DNA of 24,749 bases from a virus (Duplodnaviria > Caudoviricetes), in the IMG/VR virus record IMGVR_UViG_3300038797_000068, positions 1-24,749 of that record; one strand, given 5' to 3'. The stretch's first letter is position 1, and every line of letters begins with the position of its first letter. The notes below the pieces were generated by a model. That model ran no database searches and was not told the DNA's origin. It worked only from the letters and a program-made list of their open reading frames with translations. Shown here piece by piece: positions 7,749-15,644 of the stretch. The position numbers and the translations under genes are program-made.

Positions 7749-7764
7749 CTGTATATGCAAACAG
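7749..7764 (+). promoter_or_regulatory. LexA (SOS) box
   Basis: ta-CTGTATATGCAAACAG-ca fits CTG-N10-CAG with an AT-rich spacer, 18 nt upstream of the ATG at 7783. Confidence 0.82.
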
Positions 7765-7782
7765 CATCAATAAGGCTTCACC

Positions 7783-8142
7783 ATGGACCCGCACGAAATC
7801 GAAGACACCAGCGACTGGCTCGGCTGTCCGACCGAACTTGAGACCTGCCGCCAGTTCCTGCGCATGTATGAGAACGAGGTGCAGGAGCTGAACCTGCAGG
7901 CACGCAAAGCGCGCGAGGACGTCTTCGGCTTGGTGCAGATGCACGCCGAGGTATCCAAGGAGCGGAATCAATTGCGGGTGGAGCTGGCCAATGCCCAGGC
8001 CGAAGTGTTGCGTCTACAGGGTCAAACCACTGAAATGTCCAGCAAGCTCCGAGGGCTGGCGAACGTCACAGCCCAAAATTCGCATCTGTTCAATGAGAAT
8101 CAGAGGCTTCTCAGGGAGAGGCAGGATCGCGATATCCGATAG
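7783..8142 (+). CDS. Hypothetical coiled-coil protein, probably SOS-induced (119 aa)
   Basis: MDPHEIEDTSDWLGCPTELE followed by heptad-rich helix; AAGG RBS and SOS box upstream. Confidence 0.75.
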   Translation: MDPHEIEDTSDWLGCPTELETCRQFLRMYENEVQELNLQARKAREDVFGLVQMHAEVSKERNQLRVELANAQAEVLRLQGQTTEMSSKLRGLANVTAQNSHLFNENQRLLRERQDRDIR

Positions 8143-8641
8143 TCCGGGCATACGCCTGACACGCCTTCAGCGCAATCACTGCCCGGTCGCCTTCGTCGGT
8201 GATGGCGATAATTCTTTGAGCATGCGCTGGGTCAAGTTCGGCTCGTACGGCTCCATGAACCACGCTGCCGGCGCTGGCGGTGGCAGGCACTGAACAGCCA
8301 CCGGCTGAACCCTGGGCGAGGATGACTGACAACCGCAGATCAGAAGTGGCAAGGCGATCGCGCAGGCGAGCCTGATTGGCTTGAGCATCGCTCAGTTCCT
8401 TGTGGTGGGTTTGGTCGCTGGCCGTCAGGCGCTGCTCGAGCGCGAGGCGCTTGTCCTGCTCGACCTTCTGGGCCGACGCGCCGATCATGGCCAGCTGATT
8501 GAGGGTGTCTGTGTGGGAGCGATCCTGCTCGGCGAGCTGACGCCCGTAGCGCCAGTCCTGCACCTGCCAGGTGCCGCCGGCGGTGATCAGCACCAGCAGC
8601 AGCGCACCGGCAAGTAGGATCTTCAGCGAAACCAGATTCAT
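8111..8641 (-). CDS. Rz: Rz-like inner-membrane spanin
   Basis: N-terminal TM helix, WQVQDWRYG, coiled coil, LRDRLATSDLRLSV and C-terminal ALKACQAY; follows the endolysin. Confidence 0.88.
   Translation of the reverse strand: MNLVSLKILLAGALLLVLITAGGTWQVQDWRYGRQLAEQDRSHTDTLNQLAMIGASAQKVEQDKRLALEQRLTASDQTHHKELSDAQANQARLRDRLATSDLRLSVILAQGSAGGCSVPATASAGSVVHGAVRAELDPAHAQRIIAITDEGDRAVIALKACQAYARTIGYRDPASP
8176..8388 (-). CDS. Rz1: Rz1-like outer-membrane lipoprotein spanin, nested in Rz
   Basis: Signal peptide with lipobox LICG-C and Pro-rich CLPPPAPAAWFM, in another frame inside Rz. Confidence 0.82.
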   Translation of the reverse strand: MLKPIRLACAIALPLLICGCQSSSPRVQPVAVQCLPPPAPAAWFMEPYEPNLTQRMLKELSPSPTKATGQ

Positions 8642-9063
8642 GGCACGCCCTTAAAGAAGACGTGCCCGCCCAGCTTGAGCGTCTGCTTGGCCTTCGCCGC
8701 CCAGGCCGGGGGCTTCTTCATGGAGATCGCGTAATAGTGCGTGGCGCCGCTGGTGGGGTCCGGCACCTTCCCATCGATCACTTGGTCAGCAGCAACCCGG
8801 CACTGGGCCAGCTCGCGAAACGGGATCGTCTTCAGTCCGATCAGGAACTGGTAATTCGGATCGGTCTTGTTCCAGCAGCTGAACTGCCAGGGCGCCTGAC
8901 ACACGCCAGCGTAGCCCTCACCCCACCAGGACTTCTCCTTTCCATCGAGCACGCGATTGCGGATCGCCCAAGCGACGGCCACCTTCCCGGGCGTCGATTC
9001 GCCGCGGGCCTCGCCCCAGATCGTGCGGGCGAGGATATCTCGTGCATTTTCCGATACAGACAT
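8638..9063 (-). CDS. Endolysin, SleB/Hydrolase_2-like cell wall hydrolase
   Basis: LARTIWGEARGE, VAWAIRNR, QFSCWN, GATHYY and GGHVFF motifs. Confidence 0.9.
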   Translation of the reverse strand: MSVSENARDILARTIWGEARGESTPGKVAVAWAIRNRVLDGKEKSWWGEGYAGVCQAPWQFSCWNKTDPNYQFLIGLKTIPFRELAQCRVAADQVIDGKVPDPTSGATHYYAISMKKPPAWAAKAKQTLKLGGHVFFKGVP

Positions 9064-9081
9064 GTCATTTCTCCACGCGCG

Positions 9082-9105
9082 AAAACGCCGGCATGCAAGC
9101 CGGCG
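9082..9105 (-). terminator. Terminator-like hairpin upstream of the endolysin
   Basis: Minus strand reads CGCCGGC-TTGCAT-GCCGGCG-TTTT. Confidence 0.55.
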
Positions 9106-9153
9106 CTTGGAAGTATCTACAGCAGGGGCTATACGAAGATCAGTCTTCCCTGA

Positions 9154-9993
9154 TTAGAAGAATTGGTCGTAAAGCTGGTCGAGCGTTCCGTCAAAACAGA
9201 ACGTGTTTCGCCGTGCGAATGTTTGTTGGTCGCCGGTCAGATAGACCCCATGGACCTTTCCTTCAAACTCGACAAACGAAACGTCGCTGGTGTTTTTCCC
9301 CTCGGTGCCAGCATCCGCCTCAAGGAAATGGCTCCCGGCGATGTTCGCCCCCTTGCTTGCGAAGTGCGTAAAGCTGAAGCAGTTGTCGATCGACTTTGCT
9401 GGATGAGTGACGAACTTCCCGCCGACTGACTTGAGGTACGTCAGCAAAAACGCACCTCTGTTTGGTACCCAGTGAATACTCGGGCATCCCACGTATTCGC
9501 CTGGGCTGCATAGCCGACCGCCTTTATAGACCCATGAAACCAAATCCAAGGATTCTGCGAAGTACACAGCAGGCCCTGAGTCATTGCTGATCTCAATGAC
9601 CGCGCGCCACCTATCGCCATACTTAGTGATGTCCAGGTTGTAAAACTTGAACGGCGAGTTCACGAGCATTGCATCGGTCGGGGCGGACGGCTCAAACGTC
9701 ACCGGATCGAGAACGGACCTGATGATCTTGTTGTTGTAACTCGACCAGTTGGTGTTTCCGAAAACGTGGATTTCGTTGTTTTCATCCACAACGACCGCAC
9801 CCATGCCCCCGGGCCATGGGTGCGATGCCAGCAATTCATCAGCAAAGTAATCTCGGATTTCAAGAGTATCCGCGTAAGCGTTGAACCATCCGCGCTTGAA
9901 TGCTGCCTCCAACAATCGGCCGTCATGTACAAATAAGGCACACTCCAGCCTGTCATCAAGGGGTCCCTTTTTTATCGCGCTGATCGTCGTCAT
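9154..9993 (-). CDS. Hypothetical protein, possible five-bladed beta-propeller glycoside hydrolase fold (279 aa)
   Basis: Likely start is MTTISAI at 9993, because the longer ORF begins inside a terminator. Beta-rich, with FAESLDLVSW (SxDLxxW), GCPSI and NTSDV motifs. Confidence 0.55.
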   Translation of the reverse strand: MTTISAIKKGPLDDRLECALFVHDGRLLEAAFKRGWFNAYADTLEIRDYFADELLASHPWPGGMGAVVVDENNEIHVFGNTNWSSYNNKIIRSVLDPVTFEPSAPTDAMLVNSPFKFYNLDITKYGDRWRAVIEISNDSGPAVYFAESLDLVSWVYKGGRLCSPGEYVGCPSIHWVPNRGAFLLTYLKSVGGKFVTHPAKSIDNCFSFTHFASKGANIAGSHFLEADAGTEGKNTSDVSFVEFEGKVHGVYLTGDQQTFARRNTFCFDGTLDQLYDQFF

Positions 9994-10063
9994 CGAAATT
10001 CTCGTATCCAATTGATATCCGCTGCACGACCCCTCCGAAGTAAGAGGCCGAATTGGCGGACAT

Positions 10064-10088
10064 AAAAAAACCCGCACTCGGCGGGTTT
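10064..10088 (-). terminator. Intrinsic terminator after the acyltransferase
   Basis: Minus strand reads AAACCCGC-CGAGT-GCGGGTTTTTTT. Confidence 0.8.
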
Positions 10089-10104
10089 CGTGAATTTATT
10101 GTAA

Positions 10105-11214
10105 TTAGGTAGCTGCCGACTCTCGGCTGCGCGAGAACCAAGGCAGATTACCGAATCGCTTACCGATGTTTCCGCAAGGCTTTTCAATAACTTGATAGGT
10201 GATCAGTGATGCTAAACATGACAGCAGTGTCACGACGATGAAGAATGCAGACTTTTGCTCAGCAAGCTCAGGCGACAGCCTTTCAATCAAAATGATGATT
10301 GGCATATGACATAAGTAGATCCCGTAACTTACAGTTCCTATCACGATGACTGCTCTGTTCGCCAGAAGCTTTTTGAACAGACTGCTTTCCGGTGTTCCGA
10401 ACACAATCAATGCAAATGCGATCCACGACATCAAAAAGAAATCATCGCGAAAAACTTTGCTAATCGCAGAGGGATAGGAGCAGTAAACCAAAATGAGGGA
10501 TGCGGCTACAATAACGACAGCATTCGCAGCCCTTCCGGACGCAGGAATAATCCCCCTGAACCTGAACGCCGCCACGCCTAAGCAGAAACTGAATAAGAAT
10601 GGTATTGGGCTCCAGTGCATCGCAATTGCAGCGTCTCCGTCAGGAACAGGCAGAAAGGTCGGGGTCTTTTCGGCGGCAATATGGATCGCTGCGCTGATTA
10701 CGATCATTGCTACAGCCACCAGCCTATTCCTACTAACGACAAGGAGCATGGGCATGAACAGATACCAAAACACCTCAATAGAAATAGACCACTCAACCCC
10801 TAGTATTGAGTTAGCAATTTTATAATCAAGAAAACTCACAAAACCTAAATGCATCAAGACATTGTAAGCATCGATTTCCGTATCGAAGCGGCCCTGCCAG
10901 TAAGTGGCAGTGACAGACAAAGCAATTGCTCCGACAATCCAGAAATAGTAAAGCGGTGCTATTCGCCAGAGACGTTTATTCAGATAGTCAAAATAACCTG
11001 AGGATGACACAAGAGACTGCGCAACGCTGAACCCTGAGATGACAAAGAAAACATAGACACCGGCCTTTCCAAGATCGACAAAGTTATTTGCGACCAAACC
11101 GAGCTCTCGTAGCCCAGCGCCACCCGTATGGATGAAAAGAACCGCAAGCGCGGCAAAAGCTCGCATGCCGGTTATGAAGTCCGTTTCTCCATACGATTTT
11201 GAAGGCAACAGCAT
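10105..11214 (-). CDS. Acyltransferase-3 family (OafA/Oac-like) membrane O-acyltransferase
   Basis: GMRAFAALAVLFIH, GVYVFFVISGF, RLWRIAPLY, WSISIEVFWY, GTVSYGIYLCH and IEKP motifs; about 10 TM helices; visibly more AT-rich than its flanks. Confidence 0.92.
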   Translation of the reverse strand: MLLPSKSYGETDFITGMRAFAALAVLFIHTGGAGLRELGLVANNFVDLGKAGVYVFFVISGFSVAQSLVSSSGYFDYLNKRLWRIAPLYYFWIVGAIALSVTATYWQGRFDTEIDAYNVLMHLGFVSFLDYKIANSILGVEWSISIEVFWYLFMPMLLVVSRNRLVAVAMIVISAAIHIAAEKTPTFLPVPDGDAAIAMHWSPIPFLFSFCLGVAAFRFRGIIPASGRAANAVVIVAASLILVYCSYPSAISKVFRDDFFLMSWIAFALIVFGTPESSLFKKLLANRAVIVIGTVSYGIYLCHMPIIILIERLSPELAEQKSAFFIVVTLLSCLASLITYQVIEKPCGNIGKRFGNLPWFSRSRESAAT

Positions 11215-11294
11215 CCGATTATTTCCGTCAATCTTAAAGCGCGCAGTATCCTCTTATTTGTGGGGGATTTGCATCAGAATTGATACACACCCAT

Positions 11295-11747
11295 CTACGC
11301 TGCTGCGACGCTTGGGGCCGGCAAAGAGATAAAGGCATCGGGCGTCACGGGCCAGGCTGGATCGTCATACCAGCCTACCGACGCCTTCATACGACCGAGC
11401 TCAATGCGGTACTTCTTCCAGGTAGTCAGCTGAGCCTTTCGCTTTTCAAGCTCTGAGACCTCTTCTGGTAGCGCCTCATCAAATTCGATAGCGTCATTGA
11501 TCGCGTCGATACGCCCCTGAATAGCTGCGATCTGCGAGTTTGCTTGCACCTGGCGAGCATCGAGCAGAAGCGTTGCGGCGGCTTCAATTTGTTGTGCCGT
11601 AGGTGCGCGTGCGGCCTCCTGAGCTGCGCGGATCTCAGCCAACTCAACGTCACCTATCGGCTCCAGGCCCGGCTGGATGTGTTGAGCGCCTGTGCCCTCT
11701 TCATAGCCCCAAACCTCACCTGTTGCACGGTCTATGTAGTGATCCAT
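11295..11747 (-). CDS. Phage tail fibre assembly chaperone
   Basis: TAATG overlap with the fibre stop (start MDHYID). C-terminal WKKYRIEL...WPVTP is the Caudo_TAP-like motif. Confidence 0.85.
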   Translation of the reverse strand: MDHYIDRATGEVWGYEEGTGAQHIQPGLEPIGDVELAEIRAAQEAARAPTAQQIEAAATLLLDARQVQANSQIAAIQGRIDAINDAIEFDEALPEEVSELEKRKAQLTTWKKYRIELGRMKASVGWYDDPAWPVTPDAFISLPAPSVAAA

Positions 11748-12997
11748 TATCCTAGCTCCGTCCAAAATGTCTGACTGCTTGATCCCGTGTTCAGGTTTGC
11801 GTTACCAACCATCCCCGGGGGTATGATGGCTGTTACGAATGAACGAGCCCCGTTTGCGGCATCACTACCACGGAAAGGAACGCCATTAACATTAATGATC
11901 AAGTGAGCGGTGGAGACCGCCCCGGTTATTGCGGCTTGAATGCTCACGAGCTTAGGTTTACCCGTGATATTTGGGTAATTCGTGTTGAATGCTCGGCTAC
12001 TGCTCACGTCCAGGGGTGTTTGGCCGTAACCGATACTCGACATTGCGGCGACGGCCTGACCGCCAGCACCTTGCACCAGGCTCGGAGGTGTGACCCACGC
12101 CCCAGCGGTCGCTTGTGTGAGATCTGCGATGCCCACAACTCTGAAAGGCACCGCAGTGCGCGCACTCGCTGAGTAAACGACGTTTGCCGATGTCGATCCA
12201 GAACTAATCGCCGTGGTGTTGATAAGCGCGGTTTCGTCCAGATTCACTCCACCAGCCAAATTTGCGATCGCTGGCTCTACCGTCCCTGCATTATCAATGG
12301 CGAGCACCGCCAGACGGGTGTACTGACCGTTCACAGAGCCGAGCGTAGCGCCCGACGGAACAACCAGAGATAACGCAGATGCGATTGGCCGAGTGTTCAC
12401 TACACCACTCGAAAGCGTGGAAGAACGGAAATCTAGGCTCGTGGGATTTATCCCTACAGTCAACGCACTTGATGCGACGGTGGCAGTAATCGGCTGAATC
12501 TGCTTTCCCGACACAGGCAGGGGATCGCGCACAATCATGTCAGTGCCGTCATACTCAACGTCGCTGATCATATCTGCCACGATGACAGCGGCAATTTTGC
12601 TGCCGGTCGAATCGTACTGTTTGAGATTCTTCGCGCCTTTGCCCGAGACGTTCAAAGTCCCATTGGCTGCGCCAGCATTGAACCTCACCCGGAACCGCTG
12701 GTTTGTGGCGTAAGCGCTGATCGCCGGGGATGGCGTCAGAGTGAATGCTGGCGAAGTACCAGCAGTCGTGTAAGCGGTGAGCGCCTGGGCGCGAATCAAG
12801 ACCCCCAGAGACTCAAGCAACTGATCCTGCTTTGCCTTTACTGGAGCAACGCCCGCGGCGGCCAGAATGCTCATCAGCTCTTCTTGAATCGCGTTCAACC
12901 AGTCGTCGGTGACAACGGTTGCCGGGATGCTGCCGACCGGATCGCCCTCCGTGAACTTGTTGTCGACCGTGGCGCCGGGCCCGTCAATTCTGTGCAT
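11747..12997 (-). CDS. Phage tail fibre protein (416 aa)
   Basis: MHRID...FTEGDP...PATVVTDDWLNAIQEEL is the N-terminus of Mu/SfV-type fibres; follows gp48. Confidence 0.88.
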   Translation of the reverse strand: MHRIDGPGATVDNKFTEGDPVGSIPATVVTDDWLNAIQEELMSILAAAGVAPVKAKQDQLLESLGVLIRAQALTAYTTAGTSPAFTLTPSPAISAYATNQRFRVRFNAGAANGTLNVSGKGAKNLKQYDSTGSKIAAVIVADMISDVEYDGTDMIVRDPLPVSGKQIQPITATVASSALTVGINPTSLDFRSSTLSSGVVNTRPIASALSLVVPSGATLGSVNGQYTRLAVLAIDNAGTVEPAIANLAGGVNLDETALINTTAISSGSTSANVVYSASARTAVPFRVVGIADLTQATAGAWVTPPSLVQGAGGQAVAAMSSIGYGQTPLDVSSSRAFNTNYPNITGKPKLVSIQAAITGAVSTAHLIINVNGVPFRGSDAANGARSFVTAIIPPGMVGNANLNTGSSSQTFWTELG

Positions 12998-13000
12998 GCG

Positions 13001-13591
13001 TCAATCTCCGTAAGCGAAGAGCGCGATCGTGTGCGCGGGCTTCAATTGATTAATTTTGCATTCGAGGGTGTCATTGCCCCAGGTGCGCAAGCGCTCGCCA
13101 GCGGCTGAGGCGCCAGCGCGGAAGGAAATGACAGTTGTTTCTGGCGCCCTGATTAACCAGGTAAAAACCCAGTCGCCATTCGTGAGAGGGTCGCCGGCGT
13201 GAGAGAGCCCTGCGCGAAATGGCCGGTACTCTTCAATGGTCACGTCGTAACCGAGCACCCCGGCCAGTTCTATGAAGTAGGCTTTGGACTGGCCGCCAGT
13301 GCTGGAAAGCTTCGCCAGTAATGCGTTTCGGCGCCCCTGCAGCGTCTCCTCCAGAACCCCGGAGCACTTGTCCGGTAGTCCTGCGACCCGCTCCCAGTCG
13401 CTCAGCATCTCACCCGAGGTCGAGGGGTTGGCCTCGGTCGGTAATGATTCGCCCCGGCCGTCGACCCGCGCCAGCTCAATCGACATGCCGTCGAGCAGAT
13501 CGTGCATCGTTGTTCCCGCTTCCCGGGGGAACGCTTGGCCAGGCGGCAGCAGCGTTTTCAGCTGCTCCAGGTAGTCGGCAGCTGTCGGCAT
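13001..13591 (-). CDS. Baseplate protein, Mu gp48/YmfQ (DUF2313)-like
   Basis: LLPPGQAF, LSDWERVAGLP, GGQSKAYF and LECKINQLKPAHT motifs. Confidence 0.88.
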   Translation of the reverse strand: MPTAADYLEQLKTLLPPGQAFPREAGTTMHDLLDGMSIELARVDGRGESLPTEANPSTSGEMLSDWERVAGLPDKCSGVLEETLQGRRNALLAKLSSTGGQSKAYFIELAGVLGYDVTIEEYRPFRAGLSHAGDPLTNGDWVFTWLIRAPETTVISFRAGASAAGERLRTWGNDTLECKINQLKPAHTIALFAYGD

Positions 13592-13600
13592 TACGCCTCC

Positions 13601-14659
13601 TTAAAAGCTGGAGAAGGTGATTGTCCCAGGCACAGCCATGTGCCCAGCGGCGTGCGTGACGTCAGCTGTTGGCGAAGTGATTTCGTTATCCGATTCGCCG
13701 GCGGCAATGGATACGGCCTCGCGCAGCCTGCTGATCAGGATCGGGCTGCCTGGCTTCGAATCGCGATCAATCAGGTCCGCCACTTCGGCCCGGACTGCCG
13801 CCTGGACCGCGGCGGTGTTTGGCGACAGCTTCACAGCCAAATTCAGTAGATCAGGGATAGGCGCCGCCACGAACACTTCGGCGGTCACCGGACAGCGCTC
13901 GTTGATGTAGGCCTGGACCTCGGCCACTTTGGCGGCGTCCGGGATGATGTCGGCTTCCCCGTCACACACGAAAAGGACCGTCACAGTCCCCGGCCCCATC
14001 TGAAGCGGGTACACCCAGACCCGTGTGACACCGGCAACCTCCAGTGCCCACAGCTCGTAATCAGATTCTGCGCCACCGTGCGGGGGCTGCCGGATTCGCT
14101 TCAACAGCCTGCTGAGCAGCTGAGCATCAGTTTCAACGTCAAGGCCGCCGTCGATATCAGCGGCCGCTGAGCCCGTCGACTGAACGCCAGCAACCGGAGA
14201 AAGCAGAAATAGTGGTGTGCCCGCCGGGCAATCGCCATCGGCGCCGGCCGCCAAGGCAACAACCGTGACTTGAAGCGTGGCGTCGGTGAACGTCGCATCT
14301 GCCAAGACGCGATACTGCACGCCGTCCTGCCGCTGAAGAATTGTCCCGGCGAGCACGGTCGACCCAACGGCACCAGCGAGCAACGCAGGGCCTGTGGAGA
14401 AGTCAGCAGCCTTGCGGAACACCTTCCATATGGCTGCCCAGCGCTCGAGGTATTCCTTCTCGGCGGTATCGATGATCGCCTGCTTGGCCGCCCATTCAAG
14501 GAAGCCGTACAGCATGTGCACCGCGCCAGCCTCTGACCGGGCCAGGATCCCCAGCAGCGAGCGGCGAAGAACCGCGCTCTGCACGCCGGTCACGCGCCCG
14601 CTGATATCAGTGGTTACCCGGTCGATGAGCTCCGTCAATGTGGGTCGAGCAAATGGCAT
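13601..14659 (-). CDS. Baseplate J-like protein (Mu gp47)
   Basis: Start MPFARPTL at a TGATG overlap; GGLDVETD, PPHGGAESDYELWA and GPGTV motifs. Confidence 0.9.
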   Translation of the reverse strand: MPFARPTLTELIDRVTTDISGRVTGVQSAVLRRSLLGILARSEAGAVHMLYGFLEWAAKQAIIDTAEKEYLERWAAIWKVFRKAADFSTGPALLAGAVGSTVLAGTILQRQDGVQYRVLADATFTDATLQVTVVALAAGADGDCPAGTPLFLLSPVAGVQSTGSAAADIDGGLDVETDAQLLSRLLKRIRQPPHGGAESDYELWALEVAGVTRVWVYPLQMGPGTVTVLFVCDGEADIIPDAAKVAEVQAYINERCPVTAEVFVAAPIPDLLNLAVKLSPNTAAVQAAVRAEVADLIDRDSKPGSPILISRLREAVSIAAGESDNEITSPTADVTHAAGHMAVPGTITFSSF

Positions 14660-15126
14660 CAGGCAGCCCTCTTGCCGGCCTGGGCCGACCATTCGTAGTT
14701 GTATCGGTAGCGCACCGCCGGTCCGGTTGGCCGGTCGATGTCGATTTCCAGCAGCATCACGCCCTGGGAGTAATACGACGCAGCGACCGAGATCTTGGTG
14801 GCCACCACGTCGTCAATCATCCAGGCGAGCGCCTCGCGGCAGTACTGCTCTGCCCTGCTGAGCGTCTGCGGCAATTGCTTCTCGCGCGCCAGCAGCCAGA
14901 GCAGCGAGCCCGTCTGGTCAGTCGCCGAAGCATTGGTGATATCCCCCCAGTAGCCGCGCAGATCATCCTGTGCGTACTCCGGCGGAATTTGTTCGGCGCT
15001 GGCCCTGCGGTCGGTGAACAGGCTGATAATGACAGCCGTCTCCAGCCCGTCGTCGCGCTCGAGGTCAAACCCGAACAACACCACATCGCCGCCGAACTCG
15101 GTCATTACCATCGCAGCATCGGCCAT
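14659..15126 (-). CDS. Mu gp46-like baseplate protein
   Basis: LETAVIISLFTDRRA, GYWGD, GSLLWLL.REK and EALAWM motifs. Confidence 0.9.
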   Translation of the reverse strand: MADAAMVMTEFGGDVVLFGFDLERDDGLETAVIISLFTDRRASAEQIPPEYAQDDLRGYWGDITNASATDQTGSLLWLLAREKQLPQTLSRAEQYCREALAWMIDDVVATKISVAASYYSQGVMLLEIDIDRPTGPAVRYRYNYEWSAQAGKRAA

Positions 15127-15644
15127 CAGTTCGGTACTCCCGCGCCGCTGTTGCTGTGGGTATGGGTGCTGTCGATTCGTTTGCCGTTGTTCGTGATGGT
15201 GCCGGTGGTGTCGATGTTGCCTGTCACATTGAGGGTGCCAACCAGTTCCAGGTTGCCTATCAGCTTGATCGTCGGCGCTGCGACCTCGACGTGCTGAACG
15301 GCCGTGATCTTCACCATGTCGCGCAGCAGTTCGATCTTGTTGCCCTGGTCGTCATACATGGCGACCTCTCCCGCCTCCAGGGGAATGCGATACCGGCGGT
15401 CATCGACGACCAGCACAATCCCCTGCTCGCGATTTCCGCCAATGAATGCGGCTGCGACGTCCCCACCCTTGGGGTGGCTGGTGAAGCCGTAGTTCTGCAT
15501 GCGCTCCACGCCATCGCGAAGCTCGCCCTTTAGCAACTCGACTTGCAGTTGCTGACGGCCTCCGGAATCGTTGACGTTTCGCAACACACCCCGCGCAATC
15601 ATCATCATCACGCGGCTGCCAATGTCTCGAAGGGGATTACCCAT
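15126..15644 (-). CDS. Baseplate spike (Mu gp45-like)
   Basis: Start MGNPL overlaps the hub stop; ERMQNYGFTSHP, GEVAMYD and C-terminal HTH motifs. Confidence 0.88.
   Translation of the reverse strand: MGNPLRDIGSRVMMMIARGVLRNVNDSGGRQQLQVELLKGELRDGVERMQNYGFTSHPKGGDVAAAFIGGNREQGIVLVVDDRRYRIPLEAGEVAMYDDQGNKIELLRDMVKITAVQHVEVAAPTIKLIGNLELVGTLNVTGNIDTTGTITNNGKRIDSTHTHSNSGAGVPN

Noticed and set aside
7582-7971. Minus-strand 129-aa ORF near the att site as a possible excisionase or integrase fragment
   Set aside because: No HTH or recombinase motifs, and it is antisense to the better-supported SOS-box gene.
11215-11294. Specific sigma70 promoter for the acyltransferase
   Set aside because: Only weak candidates (for example GATACT as -10); not enough to call.
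11295-12997. Invertible tail-fibre cassette or diversity-generating retroelement
   Set aside because: No invertase, reverse transcriptase, inverted second fibre end or near-identical template repeat was seen. Similarity to the tailocin fibre is evident at protein level.
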